Translations under genes and position numbers: made by a program
Notes under the pieces: model-generated
The model's database searches: none
Seen by the model: the letters and a program-made list of their open reading frames with translations, nothing else
Told to the model about the DNA's origin: nothing
Shown: positions 52,399-64,000 of the stretch, in pieces
How positions within the stretch are numbered: the first letter of the stretch is position 1
How the letters are laid out: every line of letters starts with the position of its first letter
Source of the DNA: Eledone cirrhosa
Lineage: Eukaryota
Assembly: GCA_964016885.1 (NCBI GenBank)
Contig: OZ024744.1
Coordinates: forward strand, 86,366,001 to 86,430,000
DNA: 64,000 bases
Reading direction: 5' to 3'

Positions 52399-52607
52399 GT
52401 TGAAATTTTTTCAAAATATATTTTTACACAAATACCCAAATACCCCGTAAAGGGGTGCCGTATTATGTACGAATGAACCTCTGTATTAGGTGGGTCACTT
52501 CTTCTGAACTTTTATCAAATTTAAAACATGAATAAAAGGTTTAGAATGGTTTAAAACGAGGTAAAACGTTGAAAAAAACTGGAGGCGATAAGAAGCGTAG
52601 CTTCACC

Positions 52608-52620
52608 AACAATAATAATA

Positions 52621-52705
<85 letters not shown>
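52608..52705. repeat. (AAT)n microsatellite abutting the LINE 5' end
   Basis: Direct inspection. Confidence 0.95.
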
Positions 52706-52707
<2 letters not shown>

Positions 52708-54229
52708 GCACGTAGTGGATAGAAGGTCATGAAATCGCTCCCGTAAGTTTTTGATTTTTAACATATTTAAATCAATTGTGAAATAGCAATTCTTAGTACA
52801 AATGATACATAAAGCACCGGACTCAACCATCAGAAAAATTCGGATCCATAATATTCTGTTATACCGCTCAAATATTTAATTTTGTATTATACATTTTTAT
52901 ATTCAAAAAAGAAAAGGGTTAAAAATGGAAGAAAACCTCCTCTGTCTACACTATATAGAACAGCCAAATAACAGCAATTTCACCAACACCACAAACTAGA
53001 TACACCACCTATCCCATCACCCCCCTGTGTACACTAAATACCACAGCCAGATAACGGCAATTTCACCACCACCACCACCAATCCCAGCATAATAATAATA
53101 ATTACTGTTATTATTGTCTCAAGTTTTCACAAAATGTTTAATTCCAATATTAAGAAAAATATGTCAACTCATATATTAAACATACGCGACTAACCGCATA
53201 GATTCACCGATCAAACAAACAAACTACAGTCTATTCAACAAAAGTCAGTAACGACAACGACATCACTACAGTCACCGCCACCACCACCCCATCCATCATT
53301 GTTACCACTATCCCATCACCGCCGCCACCACTCCTTCATTGCTACCACCGCTATTCCCCCATTACCTTCTGTTAACTTACGAAAGGGGAAGATGGTGGTA
53401 TCACTAAACAATATTAATAAACAATATTAACATTTAATTTTGGATCAGGAATGTTAGAATCGAAAAGGAGGAAATGGCAAAATGACTAAATAGTTAGCTA
53501 AATAGCTAAATAGCTAAGTGGACAGAGAAGATAATTTCACCACCAACACCACCACCACTACCACGCTAAAAACTCTGGTCAAGTTGCCTCAACTTCAACA
53601 CCAACACTACAGTGCTACGATCACATCACCACCACCACTGCCCCATTATCGCCATCGCCGCTATTCTCTCCCACTAGCTCCTGCTAAGTACTACTAGCAC
53701 AGCACCACCACTACCACCACCACCACTGCCTCATTATCGCTACCGCTGCTATTCTCTCCCACTACCTCCTGCTAAGACATGCATTGTAGTGTCCCCACTA
53801 AAAGAGGAAGGCACCAAAATATATAAATAGACTGATTTAATGACCCGGTCAAAAAATCAAAAAAAGAAAAATCAAAATCAAAGCAGCACAGCAACAACGA
53901 AAAACGTAAAGAAAAGAAAAATGAAAAGTAAAACAAACAGACAGACAGAGAAGGGAAGGGAAAAACTAAGTCAGACATTCAAACATTACATTACAATGAT
54001 ACTTATGCTTATTCTTTTTTTGTTTTTTTTTTACTTATTTGTTTGTTTGTTTATTTATGTTCGTCTACAGTGTGATAGTGCCACACAAAACTCACCGGGA
54101 GTGATGAAATCACCGGTGTTTATGTAACCATACATTCACCAATCCTCGATAAGAGTGTTTAAATGTCGAACCTAAACTAAACACTTCGAATAACGGTGAA
54201 GTGGAGACTAGAATGTCATGTGACAGACT

Positions 54230-56505
54230 CTCACCCAGCAGGTGCTCCCTGGCTCAGCAGCAGGGACCTGGCTGTCAACCAAATACTGCTGGTGTCGGAG
54301 GAAGAAGAAGGAAAGGGACCAGAACCAACTGGACGAAATAATTGAATAGAACTGTTATGCAATGTTACCTGAAGAGTAACCCCAAGGAAAAAGGTTATAG
54401 GAAACGGATGCATAGCACCTGGAACGAGATTGGTCTATTTAAATTAGATGAACAAAAATTGGCCGAGCAGGCTCGGGTAATAAGAACTAATGGGTGGATA
54501 AGCGAGCTGGAACTGGAAGAACTGCGTAGAGAGATTAGGTTGGAAATGGAGAGTGGAGTATGCCAGGCAAACGAGCCAGTGGGAAATGAAGGTGAAGAGG
54601 TTGAGAGAACGGAGGAACCATCCAAAGTAGACAATGATCTGAATGCTGAAATAAATAATACCTGGAACAAAGATACGGCCATTGAGGAGATGAATGCTGA
54701 CGGGCTAGGACAAGATTTGGTTGATATCCTAAACTTAGTGGTAGATGAATTGAACAATGATAGTGGGAAACCTATGAACCTAAGATTTATAGACAGGAAA
54801 AAGTTAAAAGAAACAACAGCTAAGGTAAACAAAGTCATCCTATACCTTGAGGCGAGGAGCCTTCACCAGTGCAACAATATCCTCAAAGCAACAGCAAATG
54901 TGGTGAGGAAATTACTTGGTATAAAAGCGAGAGGAAACAACAAATAGCCTTGGTGGAAGAAACGACTGAATGGTCAAATTAGGGAAATGAGAAATGACAT
55001 TGGAAAGCTTGAGTCCCTACTGAATGGGACACTAAAATACATAGACACTAAAAATAGACTGGAAATAAAGTACAAAACTAGGAGGAAAAAGTTAAATATT
55101 ATCATAGAGGAACTGAAGCAACGCATTGTAGCAAAGAGTGCAAAAATTAGGCGATACGAGAGCAGAGTCAGTCAGTATAGACAGAACCGCATGTTTGACA
55201 ACAACCAGAAGATGCTGTTTGGACAGCTTCAAGGGAAAGAAAGAGGCAACGACTTGATGCCTGAGGCGGATCAAACTAAGACATTCTGGAGAGGAATATG
55301 GGAGCAGGATGTTAAACATATTGACCAGGCAGTGTGGATTGAGACAGTACAGAAGGAGATTAGTGAACAGGCACACCAACAAACTGACTTGAGTATCACA
55401 GTTGAAACTCTTAAGGGGCAGGCCAAAAAACTAACCAACTGGAAATCACCAGGCCCAGATGGTGTGCAGGGGTATAAATATAACATCCCTCCACCCGAAA
55501 CTGACAACCATGTTCAATGACTGCTTGATGTCAGGTGAGGTACCAGAGTGGTTGACAAAAGGTACAACAGTTCTGGTAATGAAATGTCTGTCCGTAATGT
55601 GGAAACTGTTGACAAGCATTATGTCTGAGGAAATCTACCATCACCTCCACACAAACAACTTGTTACCGGACGAACAGAAAGGATGCCGAAAGAAGTCCCG
55701 TGTTACAAAGGACCAGTTACTTATTGATAAGATGGTAATGAAGAATTGCAAGAGGAGACACACTGGTCTTGCCATGGGATGGATACACTACAAAAAGGCA
55801 TTTGACATTGTGCCTCATTCTTGGATCACCAAAAGCATAGAGATCTTCAAGGTGGCAGATAACATCAGACAGTTGTTGGGCAAAAGTATGATCAGCAAAA
55901 GTTAACATCAGCTGGAGAATCCTTGAGAGGCGTGAAGATCAAGAGAGGTATCTTCCAGGGAGATAGTCTGTCCCCTCTGTTGTTTGTCCTTACCCTGATG
56001 CCCCTGACCATTATACTGCGAAAAGTGAGAGCAGGATACAAGTTGGGAAAGGGAGAGCTTACCATCAATCACCTCCTCTTCATGGACGATCTTAAGCTCT
56101 TCGGGAATAGTGAGAAGGAATTGGATCTGCTTGTTGACACTGTCCGTATTTTCAGCAATGATATATGTATGCAATTTGGTATTAGTAAGTGTGGAGTCCT
56201 TGTGATGAAGAGGGGTAAATTGAGCAGAAGCAACGGAATCCAGGTACCTACAGGTGAGATGATAAAGAAAATTGACACTGAAGAAGGATACAAGTATTTG
56301 GGTGTTCTGCAGGCTGATGACATCAAGAACAAAAAAAATGAAGGAATTGATAAGATCTGAATACATTCGGAGAGTAAGGAGCGTACTAAAGTCACATCTG
56401 AACAGTAGGAATGCCATAAGTGCAGTAAATTCCCGAGCTGTGTCTATTATTAGGTACAGTGCGGAAATTCTGAGATGGAATGTTGCTGAACAAAAAGAAA
56501 GTTAA
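54230..56505 (+). mobile_element. R4/Dong-like non-LTR retrotransposon: N-terminal domain and RT, 3'-truncated and disrupted
   Basis: GYRKRMHSTW...EQKLAEQARVI, PWWKKRL, WKSPGPDG, EQKGC...KDQLLID, YKKAFDIVPHSW, GIFQGDSLSPLLF, HLLFMDDLKL and YKYLG in successive frames. Confidence 0.85.
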
Positions 56506-56534
56506 CTAACATCAATGACTGAGACTAAAAGAAC

Positions 56535-57320
56535 AATAATAATAATAATAATTGTTTCTACTTTAGGCACAAGGCCAGCAATTAACCAGTGCATTACTGG
56601 TACTTTATTTTATCGACCCCGTAAGGATGAAAGGCAAAGTCAACCTCGGCGGAATTTGAACTCAGATCGTAAATAATAATAATAATAATGATTTCATTTA
56701 TTGGCCACAAGGGGACAATTCAAAGCACAGATAGTGGTTGTTTACAATAAGCTCGAGTAACAGTACACAATGGCAAGTCTAATTTAACAATAAAAATATA
56801 AAATAAACTATGCATAAATATAACAAAATAAATTCCCCAATAGGTGGGTAGACGACCCAAGGGTGACTCAGGTACCACACCAGTCCTGAATCACCCGGCG
56901 CTCAATAATAATAATAATGGTTTCTTATATAGGCACAAGGCCAGCAATTTGGGGAGGGGGGAAAGTCGATTAAATCGACTCCAGTCCGTAACTGGTACTA
57001 TATTTATCGATCCCGTAAAGATGAAAGGCAAAGTTAACCTCCGCGAGATTTGAACTCAGAACGTAAAGGTTCATAACTCTATGCTGCAAAGCAAGGTGTC
57101 TGACGTTCTATCGATACTGCCAAACCACCAGACACAAGGCCAGCTATTTTGGGGAGAGGGGAAAGTCGATTAAATCTACTCCAGTGTGTTACTGGTACTT
57201 TATTTTATCAACCCCGTAAGGATGAAAGGCAAAGCTAACCTGGGTGAGATTTAAACTCAGACGGTATAGGACCGTTTTTTTTATGTTGGAAAGTATGGTC
57301 TCTGACGTTCAACCGACATT
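56535..57320 (-). mobile_element. Head-to-tail array: SINE A, SINE A, (ATT)5, Tx1-related 3' UTR fragment (56690-56903), (ATT)6, 5'-truncated SINE A, (ATT)n
   Basis: All pieces are on the minus strand. The fragment shares TTATTGGCCACAAGGG and AATTCCCCAATAGG with the 3' UTR of 46583-52607. Confidence 0.8.
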
Positions 57321-57959
57321 ATCAATGATGGAGGTGATATTACAAAGACAAGTTACAATACGAAGGTAGGAGTCTACATAGAAATGTGAAAATATGGATA
57401 GCACATATGCATAAATATTAACTTAGGTATTAATAGAGACTTATATAAGTCCTTCTGTCCTCATGGTACAGAGAGATAAATAGCTGGACCACTATGGATA
57501 AGTCACTTCTCTCAACTGAGGATGTCTGACTTACAGGTACGAGCTGTGAGTAAACTAATTCACTTTTGACATTTTCGTGACACCCACCCTCATTTTGGTA
57601 AATTTACTGGAGGAAAGCAACTCAAACTCCACCTTTAAGATTCCTTTTCAAGTAAGACTTGAAAAAGTCGGTGTGATCTTCGCTGAAGAGGAATGTTTCC
57701 ATCTTCAAAGGTTTCAGTCATGTCCACCTCACAACCCATTCGCCATAGACACCAGACAGAAAATCTGGTTGCCTTTATCTGTTGAATGAAGGCAACAGGA
57801 CGATCTTCCAATGGATTCCATCTACAGCCGGGTCCTTTCTAAACTCGACAATATGTTACCCTGTGATCAATGAGACTCATTCTTTCTACAAAACTTAAAA
57901 CACCAGGCGCTCCAATCTAGTTAGATGAGACCTTAGACATGGCAAATGGCGACAGAGAT

Positions 57960-58445
57960 GATATAAACTTTTTCCATGCTCTCTATCCAAGGTGTCACAC
58001 TCTCTACATTATCTCCTTTTAGTTAAGAGCATTGACCCTTATGCCCTGATGAAAGAAGTAAGGAGGCAGGTCATCTTCCTCGCTGTTCCCGACACTCAGA
58101 AACATCGCAGTTGCCGGAAACTTTGTTTGCATATCCTTTGAAACATCCGTAGGGTTTCTGTAGCGCTATCTTTCATTCCTTCGGTTACCTTTTGACCCTG
58201 ATCAAAGATTTTTTTTTCATCAAAGAAAAACAAAAGCAGTCCAGAATCTTGATGGTTGCAGTAGCTCAACGAAAGTATTTCGTGGATCAGACGATAATCC
58301 TTTGTCTTTGCAGATAGGAATTGGCCGCTCACTGTCAATTAACACTTATATAGAAGGTCCACATTCACAATTCTTTCGAAAACCTCGAGTTCCTTAGTAA
58401 TGGCGCTAATTGACAATCTGGGGTTCTGATCGATAATTTCCTGCT
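57960..58445 (-). pseudogene. Tc1/mariner-superfamily (maT/DD37D-like) transposase relic
   Basis: QEIIDQNPRLSISAITKELEV, GQFLSAKTKDYRL, FFFDEKKIFDQGQKV, MQTKFPATAMFLSV...PPYFFHQGIRVNA and TPWI, with stops and frameshifts. Confidence 0.7.
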
Positions 58446-58775
58446 CCTTTCCTACACACGTGGATGGGTAGAGGTCTGCGTTTATGTCTCTCTTTATGTC
58501 TCGTAACTTAACGGTTCGGCAAAAAAGCTATCTAGAAAAATAAGTAGCCGTTCTTAAAAAATGTGTTAGGATCAATATGGTCGTCTAAATCACTTGTATA
58601 GCTATTGGTTTAGCTATTGTCCAGTGACTGAAACCAGCAAAAGTACTAGAAAATACAGACAACCAGTAAATAAATAAATATATGACAAAAAAAGTTAATA
58701 ACAAATTTTTTAAATTATAATGAGAGAAGAAAAGAAAATAGTGAAAGAACATTCAACATAATCACTGTTGTCATT

Positions 58776-58789
58776 GTATCCATAGCAAC
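58776..58789. promoter_or_regulatory. Candidate RFX X-box
   Basis: GTATCCATAGCAAC fits the GTHNYY-AT-RRNAAC consensus and lies in non-repetitive sequence. Confidence 0.3.
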
Positions 58790-59696
58790 AATCTCCGAAA
58801 ACAAATGACAATTTTATTCAATCGTGTTTTGGATGGGGAAGTATATTATGTCGGCAGTGATCGTGTTTGAACGTGTATGTCATCAGTTGTTAATACTACG
58901 TCGTAATAAATTTTTTGTAAATTTTATTTTGTATTTTAGATATTTTTTGTATATTTTATTTAATTATCCTTCTCTGTTTTTCATTTGAATTTCTTTGTAT
59001 TTTCCACCTGAAATTTTCTTTTACTTTCTGTATTTTTTCAGTTGTTTCGCTATTTCCTTTTTTTTTGTTTCTCAATATTTAATGAAAATAAGATAATATG
59101 TAATAAAGGAATAGTATTTGATAATTTAGTATTGTCCTGCTGGTTAAATCTGGGTCTGTGTATGGACGCATCTTCTATTCTTTTTTCGTCTGTTCATATT
59201 ATCAAATATGTCTTCATTTATTTGTATGTTCTTTCATAACAATAAGTACTGAAGTCCATAAAACAAAAGTTAAATTTCCAGCAAGAGCAATTGTTACTGA
59301 AGTCCGGTTTCAAATGAATAGGCTAAGGCCTGCATAAGTGATGGAAAGATCTCAACCACTTGGATTGTGGATATTACTCGAATTCTATAAGAATTCAGCT
59401 TCTATAAGTCTCGGCAGAAGCGAAGGAGAGAGTAGACTTGATAAAGACTAATGAGCGCGAAACAGGACTGTCGATCACTCTCTTTTACTTTTGCTGAGAT
59501 TAAGTAAGTGACATAGTCACTGCTTTAAAACATATTGCGAATGGTCTTCTAAATGTTTGTAATTAAACATACAGTATATTGCCAAATATACTATACATTC
59601 ATGCATACTGCGCCATTTCAGAGGACCAATACTAATATATATATATATATCGGTAAAAGCAGCGATTCTTTGCTTACACTTTAATGTGTTATTTTA

Positions 59697-59740
<44 letters not shown>

Positions 59741-59757
59741 TAAAATAACATATTTTA

Positions 59758-59812
<55 letters not shown>

Positions 59813-59821
<9 letters not shown>

Positions 59822-59957
59822 TAAAATAACACATTTAAGTTTAAGCAAAGAATCGCTGCTTTCACCCTAACGGGATCTTCTGAAACTCAGAAGACCCCGT
59901 TAAGGATGAAAGCAGCGATTCTTTGCTTAAACTTTAATCTGTTATTTTAATAAATAT
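59813..59957. repeat. ~145-bp near-perfect palindrome (extra arm at 59655-59705; fragment at 3175-3208)
   Basis: Arms 59813-59883 and 59887-59957 around a 3-nt AAC loop. Confidence 0.85.
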
Positions 59958-60134
59958 TTGCTCTACGGTTCTTATATATCTGATATATATTTATCCTCAT
60001 CGAGCTCTCTTTGGATTTTAGTCTTCAAATTTATTATTATTACTATATATATATATATATATAGCGAAGGAAATGTGGTAAGGAACCAGGTGGACCATAA
60101 CGCACCAAAGTACTCAATACAATATGTATATATA

Positions 60135-60884
60135 TAGGCTGGGTAAAATTTCCGAGATCTATGGACGAGTTCTCTCCAGCGGTCTCTGTCCCTCATTATC
60201 GCTGCCATGTCCTGAGTCTCCAAGAGACCAGTGTCAGTCCTTAGGGCATCAACATATGTTAACCTCGGTCTTCCCCTTCCAATGTGTCCATGCAGGGGCT
60301 CCCACAGGAGTACTGAGTGCAGCGTCAAATCTGGATGTCGGTGAGCATGTCCAGCTAACCACAGTCTCCTCTGTGTCACATTTGAGCTGACTTTTGGGAG
60401 GTCCCCATACAGATCTGAGTTCTTCATCCTCAGTGTATACTGATTAATGTTCAGAGCCATCCTCAGCATTCTCGGGTAGCACCCATCCACCATCTGAGTG
60501 AGTTTCTTGGTCAGTGTCCAACTTTCAGACTCGTACAGCAGCACAGACTCCACTGCAGCAACGAAGAGGCGGATCTTCAGGTCTTTACGACTTCCACACC
60601 GATCTCAAGCTGTGGCATGCCGCCCAGGCCTTGCTCTTCCTCTCAACCACATCATCTTCCGTATTCCCAAACTTTACTCCCAAATACAGGAAGTCCTCAA
60701 CCAATTCCAGCGGCTTCCCGCCTACATTAGTAATCTTCCCTGGCTTCTTAATATTCTCTACCAGATATTTTATCTTAGTCTCATTCATTCTCAGCCCCAC
60801 ACTCATCGACACAGTCTCAACCTCCTGCATCAAATTCTCTGCCTCCTTCACTGTGTTTGTCACCAAAACTATGTCGTCGGCAAA
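60135..60884 (-). mobile_element. 5'-truncated RTE-clade LINE (end of RT plus C-terminus)
   Basis: FADDIV, GLRMNETK, DFLYLG, SVLLYESESWTL, RRLWLAGH, GRGRPRLTYVD and DRDRW. Confidence 0.85.
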
Positions 60885-61090
60885 AACAGAAATAACACCA
60901 CAGTCGGTACAGTATATGGAAGGAATATATTAGGTTAACGCTTGAAATAGCAGAAAGAGGGTCTTAACGTTTTGGAGGCTAGTCATTCATCAGAAGAAAG
61001 AATGAGAAGAAATTAGAAAGATTGAAAGGACAAGTGATGTGTAATTGATAAAAATGTTTTTAGAGAAAAATAACAGGTCGATTCATGTAA
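60885..61090 (-). mobile_element. Third copy of the family C pseudo-LTR
   Basis: Reverse complement of ~36240-36435; the hammerhead core has G12>A. Confidence 0.7.
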
Positions 61091-61171
61091 CCATCTCTTT
61101 GAGAATTGTTGATTCTCGCGTTTTGTTTATGATAATCTTTTTTTATAAAAGTGGATGATGAAGTGCGTCTA

Positions 61172-62141
<970 letters not shown>

Positions 62142-62380
62142 TCACAATTTCCCTCCCCCCCACCCCCACACACCACCATAGACTATTCGACCAATCAAAC
62201 CTAGCATGCCATTTCCACTGCTGCTGCTACTACCTGCCTAACTAACTCTCTCCTCCTCTGGCGCATCCAACACACCCTGCCATTACCCCACCACCACTGT
62301 TCTTCTAGCCCTCAATTTTCCCACCGTTATGGATGGATGAGCTGGGAATACACGAGCAACTCTGAATCAATAGATGAAAT

Positions 62381-64000
62381 ATGAATCTGCGAGCTACCAA
62401 GCACCCACGTGAAGCGCCAACCCAGAGACCCTCCCCTACGAGTGTCGACAAATGCCCAAAACTCCGAGTTGGTACCATCAATGTAGGCTCAATGAAAGGA
62501 AGAGCAGGAGAAATCGTAGAAATGCTAGAGCGAAAGGAAGTTGATGTATGCTGTGTGCAAGAGACTAGATGGAGAGGAGGGTCTGCTAGAGTCCTTGTAG
62601 GAAAAAGCCAGTGCTACAAATTTTTCTGGGTGGGAAATGACGATGGGATGGGTGGTGTAGGTATACTATTAGCTGACAAGTGGGTAGATAAAGTAATCTC
62701 AGTGTACAGGGTAAATGCAAGAATCATTAAACTCAGACTAGTCCTGAATAAGACAATTACCACAATAATATCAGCTTACGCACCCCAATCGGGGCTGCCA
62801 GACGAACTTAAGGATAGGTTTTACGAGTCCCTAATACACACTACTGCTCTAACAGACGACAAGGACTTCCTAATCATTGCAGGAGATTTTAACGGACACG
62901 TAGGTAAACACTGCGACGGCTTCAATAGAGTACATGGAGGCCATGGAGTTGGCACAAGGAATGAGGAAGGATTCAGACTTCTAGAATTCTGCGAGGCCAA
63001 TGACATGTCGATATGTAACACAAACTTTAAAAAACCCGACAACCACCTGATCACCTATAGATCAGGGGAGCACTCTAGTCAGTTAGATTTTATCCTCATC
63101 AGAGGACGTGACAGATGGACGGTCGTAAACACAAAAGCCTTCCCTAGTGAGGAATGTACATCCCAACATAGCTTAGTTGTCAGCGACCTCACGGTCAGAA
63201 CTAGACGAGCCCTGAAACAGAGGCCAACCTGGAGAAGAAAGATCTGGAAGCTGAAAGTCCCCTCAACCAGTAACAGATTTAAAGATATTTTACTCAACGC
63301 CTACGACAGTAAAGAAGAACAGATAGAGACATTTAACGTAGAAGAGAACTGGGAGTTCCTAAAAAATAACTTACTAGAGGCGACGGATGAGGTTTGTGGC
63401 TGGAGTAAGACCTCAAGCAGGAGGAGAGTGACTTGGTGGTGGAACAATAAGGTAGATGAAGCAGTCAAGGCCAAGAGACAGGCATGGAAAGAATGGAAGA
63501 ACGTGGGGAGCAGGGTACATTACATAGAGACCAAGAGGGAAGCTAGGCGACAAGTATACTTAGCTAGGAGGGAAGCAGAGGATAGAAAATTCAAGCATGT
63601 TTTACAACGTGAGGACCAGAAACAGGAGGTATTCAAGATTGCGAGGCAGTGTGTCAGAGATAGTTGTGATGTCATTGGAGAGAAGTGTATCCGGAATGAT
63701 AAAGGTGAGCTTGCCCTCACAAGTGCTGAGAAGAAAGATGCATGGAAGAGTCAATATGATAGATTACTAAATGAGGAGAATGCATGGGAAGAAGAGACCC
63801 TACCCCACGTAGACCCTATAGAGGGACCAGCAGTACAAGTCAGCGGCAGCGTAGTAAGTAAGGCAATCAGAGATATGAAGATAGGGAAGGCAACCGGTCC
63901 ATCGGGTATAGCTGCCGAGATGCTGAAGGCATCTGGGTCTGTAGGTCACACTATAACCACACGTATCGTTAACCAGGTAATACTAGAGGGGGCCATACCA
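62381..64000 (+). CDS. RTE-clade LINE ORF (APE endonuclease into the start of RT), open to the window end
   Basis: ATG at 62381 begins 540 codons with no stop (manual translation): LRVGTINVGSM, CCVQETRW, GVGILL, ISAYAPQ, IAGDFNGHVG, LDFIL, SQHSLV, TWWWN, KATGPSGI. It is absent from the ORF track because it has no stop in the window. Confidence 0.9.
   Translation, partial: MNLRATKHPREAPTQRPSPTSVDKCPKLRVGTINVGSMKGRAGEIVEMLERKEVDVCCVQETRWRGGSARVLVGKSQCYKFFWVGNDDGMGGVGILLADKWVDKVISVYRVNARIIKLRLVLNKTITTIISAYAPQSGLPDELKDRFYESLIHTTALTDDKDFLIIAGDFNGHVGKHCDGFNRVHGGHGVGTRNEEGFRLLEFCEANDMSICNTNFKKPDNHLITYRSGEHSSQLDFILIRGRDRWTVVNTKAFPSEECTSQHSLVVSDLTVRTRRALKQRPTWRRKIWKLKVPSTSNRFKDILLNAYDSKEEQIETFNVEENWEFLKNNLLEATDEVCGWSKTSSRRRVTWWWNNKVDEAVKAKRQAWKEWKNVGSRVHYIETKREARRQVYLARREAEDRKFKHVLQREDQKQEVFKIARQCVRDSCDVIGEKCIRNDKGELALTSAEKKDAWKSQYDRLLNEENAWEEETLPHVDPIEGPAVQVSGSVVSKAIRDMKIGKATGPSGIAAEMLKASGSVGHTITTRIVNQVILEGAIP

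Larger units (their letters stand above)
46583..52607 (-). mobile_element. Near-full-length Tx1/L1-clade LINE (two ORFs, disrupted)
   Basis: 5' UTR, ORF1 with a CCHC knuckle, ORF2 APE-RT-zinc finger, and a 3' UTR ending CCTTGTGGCCAATAAAGAAATC(ATT)n; (ATT)n also at the 5' flank. Confidence 0.9.

Noticed and set aside
53000-53776. (ACC)-rich region as a mucin-like exon
   Set aside because: No sustained ORF or splice signals; low-complexity sequence with local duplications.
54130-54205. HDV-like ribozyme in the R4/Dong 5' region
   Set aside because: P2- and P4-like helices are present, but no P1/P1.1 could be placed.

Overview
AT-rich, microsatellite-dense animal genomic DNA with no recognisable host protein-coding gene. 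The SINE families and the repeat landscape suggest a cephalopod (Octopus-like); this is inference. Almost all ORF-track entries are microsatellite artefacts or retroelement fragments. Retroelements: a near-full-length but disrupted Tx1/L1-clade LINE (46583-52607, minus) flanked by (ATT)n, plus relics of it; two RLE-type (R4/Dong-like) elements; a CRE-like tail; CR1 and RTE fragments; an RTE ORF open from 62381 to the window end; a Penelope-like GIY-YIG relic; and more than 20 tRNA-derived SINE copies, often in arrays. DNA elements: a maT-like mariner relic and several MITE/foldback elements. The most notable signal is at least four separate repeat families carrying hammerhead ribozyme motifs. 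They include a complete type I hammerhead with a U3-A8 covariant core (3 copies), a ~435-nt circularly permuted retrozyme-like monomer, and a 1.4-kb inverted-repeat element with a hammerhead in each arm. A second theme is a LINE/SINE pair that shares a 3' end and appears to insert into (ATT)n. All folds and translations were done by eye; no database searches were run.
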